Shown: positions 27,342 to 32,000 of the stretch, in pieces | Numbering within the stretch: position 1 is the first letter of the stretch | How the letters are laid out: every line of letters begins with the position of its first letter | Source of the DNA: Guillardia theta nucleomorph | Lineage: Eukaryota > Protista > Cryptophyta | Direction: 5' to 3' | DNA: 32,000 nt | Assembly (NCBI GenBank): GCA_000002975.1 | Contig: AF083031.2 | Span: 120,001 to 152,000, forward strand | The notes under the pieces: model-generated | Database searches by the model: none | Told to the model about the DNA's origin: nothing | The model's input: the letters and a program-made list of their open reading frames with translations, nothing else | Made by a program: the position numbers and the translations under genes

Positions 27342-28712
27342 TTACATCAAATAAATTAACCATTCATCTAACCGGCTGATTATGACAAAAATTAATTGTA
27401 AGTCGTTCTTAATTTTTAATGTTACATCTTGATGTGTAATTATATTTTTTTGATTAATTTTACACAACTTTATCATATATATTTTCATATTTTCATACCT
27501 TATGAAGAAGTTGATTGCTGACTTTAAAATTTCATTTAAAATTTTATTCTTAAATTCAAACATTTCTAATCTGTATTCTAACTCTTCATTTTTGGCATGT
27601 TCATCTTTTTGAAAAATATTTTCTGTTAAATATAAAACTCCTAATCTGAATAATCTATATAAAATTTTTTTACAACACTTTAAGCTAGTTCCTGAATATT
27701 TTATCAATTCTTTAATATTCATTTTTCCAAATACAGTAAATAATTCAATTAAATCTGAAAATTTGTTTCCGAAATTAATATAGCTATAATTTTTTATAAA
27801 TGATGATGATATTATATCAAAAATTTTATCGAGCTCGATGTTAAAATAGGATTTTGATAAATTTAGAAATTTATCTTTTAAACATAAATCTTTTACTTTA
27901 AACAATATAATATCATTTGTAATTGAATTTTCATTTAGGTCTAATAGACCATCACTCAAACAATCTAATGGAATGAAAATTCGAAAAAGATATGAATATT
28001 TAAAATTTATTAATTTACAAAAAAAATATCTTAATATTTCGTGGCTTAATTTTGAAATTTTGTCACCAAATAAAGATAATGAAATTGATAATTTATTAAA
28101 AAGAACAAATTTTGAATAGCTCATATTCCAATGATAAATGCTTTTTATGATAGCTTTGTTTCTTAAAAGTGTAAATTTTGACACATTTAGGTTAGATGAA
28201 TTTACATTAATTTGTCTCAAGTTTTTAGTTAAATCTATAAAACCATCTCTATTCATTTGAACAATGATATCTTCCAAGTACAAGGTTTTATGAATTTCAA
28301 TTGAACTACATTCAAGTAAATTGTTAATTTTAATTTGACCATTTCTCATAAATTGTTGTGTTAATTTTATTGCTTCTGTTCCGTATTCATGTTCAGAAAA
28401 ACACAAAAACTTTGAGAATCTAATCCTCATGAAAACTTCACAAATTCTAGGTTTAATAATTATTGATTCTAATTTATAATGTATTTCGAAAAAATCACTT
28501 ATGAAAATATTTGTATATATCAAATTGTGTTGAAATAATGTGACTATTGTATTTCGTAGGATTTTATACTCGACGTTTTTTAAAGATGAGTTCAGTAAAA
28601 GAAGATTACAATTTTTATGATAGCAAATGATAAAAAATACTGTTGAAATCAAATCTCCAAAATCTTTTCTTACAAGTTCAGATGCTAAAATTATAATTAA
28701 ATCTTGTTTCAT
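27342..28712 (-). CDS. rpc3: RNA polymerase III subunit C82/RPC3
   Basis: LVRKDFGDLISTV, LRNTIVTLFQHNLI and RIRFSKFL...EYG......MRNG match the RPC62/C82 winged-helix N-terminus. Confidence 0.75.
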   Translation of the reverse strand: MKQDLIIILASELVRKDFGDLISTVFFIICYHKNCNLLLLNSSLKNVEYKILRNTIVTLFQHNLIYTNIFISDFFEIHYKLESIIIKPRICEVFMRIRFSKFLCFSEHEYGTEAIKLTQQFMRNGQIKINNLLECSSIEIHKTLYLEDIIVQMNRDGFIDLTKNLRQINVNSSNLNVSKFTLLRNKAIIKSIYHWNMSYSKFVLFNKLSISLSLFGDKISKLSHEILRYFFCKLINFKYSYLFRIFIPLDCLSDGLLDLNENSITNDIILFKVKDLCLKDKFLNLSKSYFNIELDKIFDIISSSFIKNYSYINFGNKFSDLIELFTVFGKMNIKELIKYSGTSLKCCKKILYRLFRLGVLYLTENIFQKDEHAKNEELEYRLEMFEFKNKILNEILKSAINFFIRYENMKIYMIKLCKINQKNIITHQDVTLKIKNDLQLIFVIISRLDEWLIYLM

Positions 28713-28751
28713 TATTTAACAAATATTGTGTCTAATTTTATATTTTTATTA

Positions 28752-29669
28752 TTAAATTAAATACCATTCAATTTCATAATAGTGCTTTTGGAATTCAAAT
28801 CTTCTTCTTGTTTTAAAAATTGTAAAAAATTTTATTAAAAATTCCTCACAATACAATTTTTTGACAAAGATTATATTTTGTTTAAATTTGAAAATATTTT
28901 TAAAAACTATGCACTTAGAGAAAATTAATTTGTATGAATATTTTTTGAAAATATGAAAAAAATCAATTAAATAATATGATATTAGTTTTAATAGATTATA
29001 ATAAAAAAAATTTGAATGATTCGTTATAAAATTTTTTATATTTAAAAAAATTATATTGAGACATTTTGCTTTATGTGAAAGCATTATTAAAATTTCTTTA
29101 TTTAAAAACTTGATATTTAATAAATATGTATTTTTTGTCAAACTACGAGGAAAATTTATATGTGAGATAAAGAACCAATTCAGAGAAATAAATTTATTTT
29201 TAAAATTATATTTTAAAAACAAATTTAAACGTCTGTTAAAATTCATGATAATAAAATTTTTATAATCTATACCCAATACAACATTACAAATTTGGTTAAT
29301 TATGTAATCTTTAGGAAAGAAATTAATTGCTACCAGTAAGATTTTTTTTTTTTGATTATAATTATCCTCTTTAAATATCATATTAATCCAAGCTTCAAAA
29401 AAACAAAAATTTTTATAAATTTCTAATGATAGAATATTTTTCATATTACAATACCTCGTAAATTTTATTTTTTCTATTTTTGTTGTGGAATAGCTGTAGG
29501 TCTTATCATAAATTAGAATAAATTTTCCAAGTATTTTAAAACTACAAATAATCCCAAATAAATGAAAATAAATTATAAATTTAAATACATCGGTTATTCT
29601 ATGTATGATTCTGATTCGTAACTTAGCTATATTCCTAACAATATCAGTTGGTTTTATGTTGATGTACAT
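28752..29669 (-). CDS. hypothetical protein (305 aa), possible HAT-repeat Prp6 remnant
   Basis: EAWINMIFKEDNYNQKKKILLVAINFFPKD resembles Prp6 [28 protein letters not shown]. N-terminal DIVRNIAKLR resembles DIKKARLLL. Confidence 0.4.
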   Translation of the reverse strand: MYINIKPTDIVRNIAKLRIRIIHRITDVFKFIIYFHLFGIICSFKILGKFILIYDKTYSYSTTKIEKIKFTRYCNMKNILSLEIYKNFCFFEAWINMIFKEDNYNQKKKILLVAINFFPKDYIINQICNVVLGIDYKNFIIMNFNRRLNLFLKYNFKNKFISLNWFFISHINFPRSLTKNTYLLNIKFLNKEILIMLSHKAKCLNIIFLNIKNFITNHSNFFYYNLLKLISYYLIDFFHIFKKYSYKLIFSKCIVFKNIFKFKQNIIFVKKLYCEEFLIKFFTIFKTRRRFEFQKHYYEIEWYLI

Positions 29670-29710
29670 TTTTTTTAATGATTTATATATAATATTAGAA
29701 TTAATTTGTT

Positions 29711-29715
29711 AAAAA
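29711..29715 (-). terminator. Pol III terminator T5 directly after snoRNA box D
   Basis: First run of 4 or more T on the minus strand downstream of tRNA-Trp. Confidence 0.55.
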
Positions 29716-29770
29716 TCAGTGTGTTCTATAAATCAATTTATTCATACAAATGCCATATTTCTTCACAGTA
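29711..29770 (-). ncRNA. candidate box C/D snoRNA with a snR13/U15-like guide (LSU Am2281, yeast numbering)
   Basis: Minus strand: box C GTGAAGA (29766-29760), guide GGCATTTG-T, D' ATGA (29745-29742), C'-like TTGATT, box D CTGA (29719-29716), then TTTTT. Confidence 0.68.
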
Positions 29771-29795
29771 TATATTGTTTATAATAAATATTAAA

Positions 29796-29875
29796 TGAGA
29801 TGAACCGGATTTGAACCGATAACCTTTGGATATGTTATACTGGAGTCCACTGCGCTACCGTTGCGCCACCATCTC
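29796..29875 (-). tRNA. trnW-CCA: tRNA-Trp(CCA) with an 8-nt canonical (37/38) intron at 29832-29839
   Basis: Acceptor GAGATGG/TCATCTC, D-stem GCGC/GCGC, GTGGA-CTCCAG[TATAACAT]A-TCCAA, T-arm ATCGG-TTCAAAT-CCGGT. Confidence 0.93.
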
Positions 29876-29922
29876 TAATATTTGAATTAAACATTACTAA
29901 AAATAAATAAAAATTAAATAGA

Positions 29923-31074
29923 TTAAAGATAATAATCTGGTATGGAATTTTTAATACCTACATTTAAACTGTAAGAAATTTCAAAGTCTTGTTGTGTTAT
30001 TCTATATCTGTTTTTTCTAATCGCTTGAATTCCAGCTTCTTGACATATTGCTGATATTATTGCTCCTGTTAATTTTTCTTTTCTGTTAATAAATATTTCG
30101 ATATTCAAATCTTCAGATATATTCATTTTTGAAAGTATTACAGAAAACATATATCTTTTTTCTGCAGTATTAGGAAATGGAAAATAAATTTTACGATCTA
30201 TTCTACCTGGTCTTAAAATGGCTGGATCTAAACTTTCAACTCTGTTTGTACACATTATAATTTTTGTATTACTATTAACATCAAAACCGTCCATTTGAGT
30301 AAGAAGCTCTATTAAAATTCTCTGAACCTCTCTGTCAGCTCCAGTATTTGCGTCAAACCTTTTAGTTGCAATGGCATCAATTTCATCAATAAATATTATT
30401 GATGAATCATATGAATTTGCTAACTTGAATAAATCTCGGACCATCTTGGGGCCTTCTCCAAGATATTTTTGAACAAATTCGGAACCAGCAGTTCTAATAA
30501 ATGCACATGAATTTCTATAAGCAATGGCCTTAACAATTAAAGTTTTACCAGTTCCAGGAGGACCATATAACAAAACTCCTTTTGGTGGATCAATTCCAAT
30601 CTCAATGAATAAATTTTTTTTTAAAATAGGTAATTCTATAGCCTCTTTTAGTTCTTGTTTTTGAAATTCTAGTCCTCCAATATCTGATAAATTAACTTTA
30701 CTTTTTTGTTTCGCATTTAGTATTGATAAATCAGATCCTATTTCTTCTCCTAATGTGTTTAATATAGAATTTGAAAATTTATGAAGAATTACAGTTGTGT
30801 TTGTTTTGAATTTACTTTTATTAATTACTGAAATAAATCTACTCATTATATAATTTCCACTTGATGAACTTACAATTGCGTATTTATCGTCAATTTTTTC
30901 AATAAAAGTTCCTATAATTAATGGTACCGATTGAAATCTAAATATTTCATTTTTTGTGTAAAATAATTCTTTTTTTAACCTATTTTTTTCTTTATCATAA
31001 AAATAAAGAATTAAATTCTCTAGTTGTATTATATTTTCAATTTTTTCTTTTTTTTTCTTATACAAATTTGTCAT
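29923..31074 (-). CDS. rpt3: 26S proteasome AAA-ATPase Rpt3 (subunit 6B)
   Basis: YGPPGTGKT, GSEFVQKYLGEGP.MVRD.F and IATKRFDA.TGADREVQRIL.ELL.QMDGFD. Confidence 0.95.
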   Translation of the reverse strand: MTNLYKKKKEKIENIIQLENLILYFYDKEKNRLKKELFYTKNEIFRFQSVPLIIGTFIEKIDDKYAIVSSSSGNYIMSRFISVINKSKFKTNTTVILHKFSNSILNTLGEEIGSDLSILNAKQKSKVNLSDIGGLEFQKQELKEAIELPILKKNLFIEIGIDPPKGVLLYGPPGTGKTLIVKAIAYRNSCAFIRTAGSEFVQKYLGEGPKMVRDLFKLANSYDSSIIFIDEIDAIATKRFDANTGADREVQRILIELLTQMDGFDVNSNTKIIMCTNRVESLDPAILRPGRIDRKIYFPFPNTAEKRYMFSVILSKMNISEDLNIEIFINRKEKLTGAIISAICQEAGIQAIRKNRYRITQQDFEISYSLNVGIKNSIPDYYL

Positions 31075-31191
31075 TTTTATAATTTATATTTTTGTATTTA
31101 TTTGTCAAATCTACAAATTATACTATATATTTCATTAATCACATTTTTACTTTTTGATAAATTATACCAAAATAAAAATTCTAAAAGCAAA

Positions 31192-32000
31192 ATGATTGTC
31201 ATACAATGGGAAAGAATATTTATAATTTTTTTTCTGGTTTATTCGTCTTCATTTAATAATTTTATAAATATTGGAAAAATAAATTTGAAATATTTTTTAT
31301 TTGAAATCTATTTGATATCAAACTTAATTGAATTGTTTTTGTTAAATACTTCTTTCAATGGTTCTGGATCCTTGCCAAAATCAAAAGTTTTTAAAGCAAT
31401 TTCCTATAAAAAAAATATAAATGAATCATTTTATGAAGAAATTTTAGTGAATGGATACTTTATGCAGATAAAATTTTGTAAAAGTTGTTCAATATGGCGT
31501 CCACCTAGGGCTAGTCATTGTTCTGTTTGCGATTCTTGTAATATGCAATTTGATCATCATTGTCCATGGTTAGGTAAATGTATTTCTTTGAAAAATTATA
31601 GAATTTTTTTTCTATTTTTAAGTCTATTGACTTTTTTTATTATGTCAATTCTATCAATTTTTTTTATAAATTCAAAAAAAACTTATTTTATGAACAACCA
31701 ATATTCTTTTAAATTATTTTGCATTGAATTAAATCCAAAATCTGTGTATTCTAAAGTTGTTAATACATTCTTTATAACAAGTTATATTCTCGTATTAATT
31801 TTCATAATTTCATTAATTATATTTCATCTATATTTAGGATTTTCTGGTAAAACTACATCTGAACTTTTAAAATTTCCTTCAAAAAATTTTTGGAAATGGG
31901 ATATTCGAAAAGAATTTTCAAGGAAATTTTACGAACTTTATAATATCGGATTATGTGATAAAAATTACTTAAAAAAAAAAAAAATTTTATTTGAAATACC
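31192..32000 (+). CDS. DHHC palmitoyltransferase (Erf2-type), 3'-partial; absent from the ORF track
   Basis: Manual translation from ATG 31192 gives KFCKSCSIWRPPRASHCSVCDSCNMQFDHHCPWLGKCISLKNYR (DHHC at 31552-31563) and a later TTSE motif. Frame is open to the window end. Confidence 0.93.
   Translation, partial: MIVIQWERIFIIFFLVYSSSFNNFINIGKINLKYFLFEIYLISNLIELFLLNTSFNGSGSLPKSKVFKAISYKKNINESFYEEILVNGYFMQIKFCKSCSIWRPPRASHCSVCDSCNMQFDHHCPWLGKCISLKNYRIFFLFLSLLTFFIMSILSIFFINSKKTYFMNNQYSFKLFCIELNPKSVYSKVVNTFFITSYILVLIFIISLIIFHLYLGFSGKTTSELLKFPSKNFWKWDIRKEFSRKFYELYNIGLCDKNYLKKKKILFEI

Overview
An extremely AT-rich, gene-dense eukaryotic region: intergenic spacers are mostly under 100 nt, spliceosomal introns are 47-50 nt and sit near the 5' end, and tRNA introns are tiny. 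This fits a cryptophyte nucleomorph genome, most likely Guillardia theta (inferred from architecture, not from a database match). Housekeeping genes: proteasome subunits (alpha7, beta2, beta3, Rpt3), ribosomal proteins (L7, S14, S20, S16, L3, S9, L17, L10A), ribosome-biogenesis factors (Nop56, Mak16, Spb1, Nop2), CCT-beta, Cdc48, Mps1 kinase, eIF1 and Pol III subunit C82. Features missing from the ORF track: three spliceosomal introns (prsA7, rps16, rps9), four tRNAs (Asn with a D-arm intron, Thr, Leu overlapping nop56 antisense, Trp with an 8-nt intron), U6 snRNA, two candidate box C/D snoRNAs and a 3'-partial DHHC palmitoyltransferase. Several apparent ORFans look like heavily eroded spliceosome factors (Yju2, Dib1, Bud31, possibly Prp6), TFIIH p44, an ATPase-degenerate MCM, a possible Sen2-like tRNA endonuclease and a Sed5-like syntaxin. 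The strongest leads are (i) a probable dicistronic Pol III tRNA-Trp/snoRNA unit, (ii) U6 head-to-head with tRNA-Leu, and (iii) a vestigial ER-Golgi trafficking set (cornichon, Sed5-like SNARE, DHHC, Cdc48). All homology calls are by-eye motif comparisons and no searches were run.
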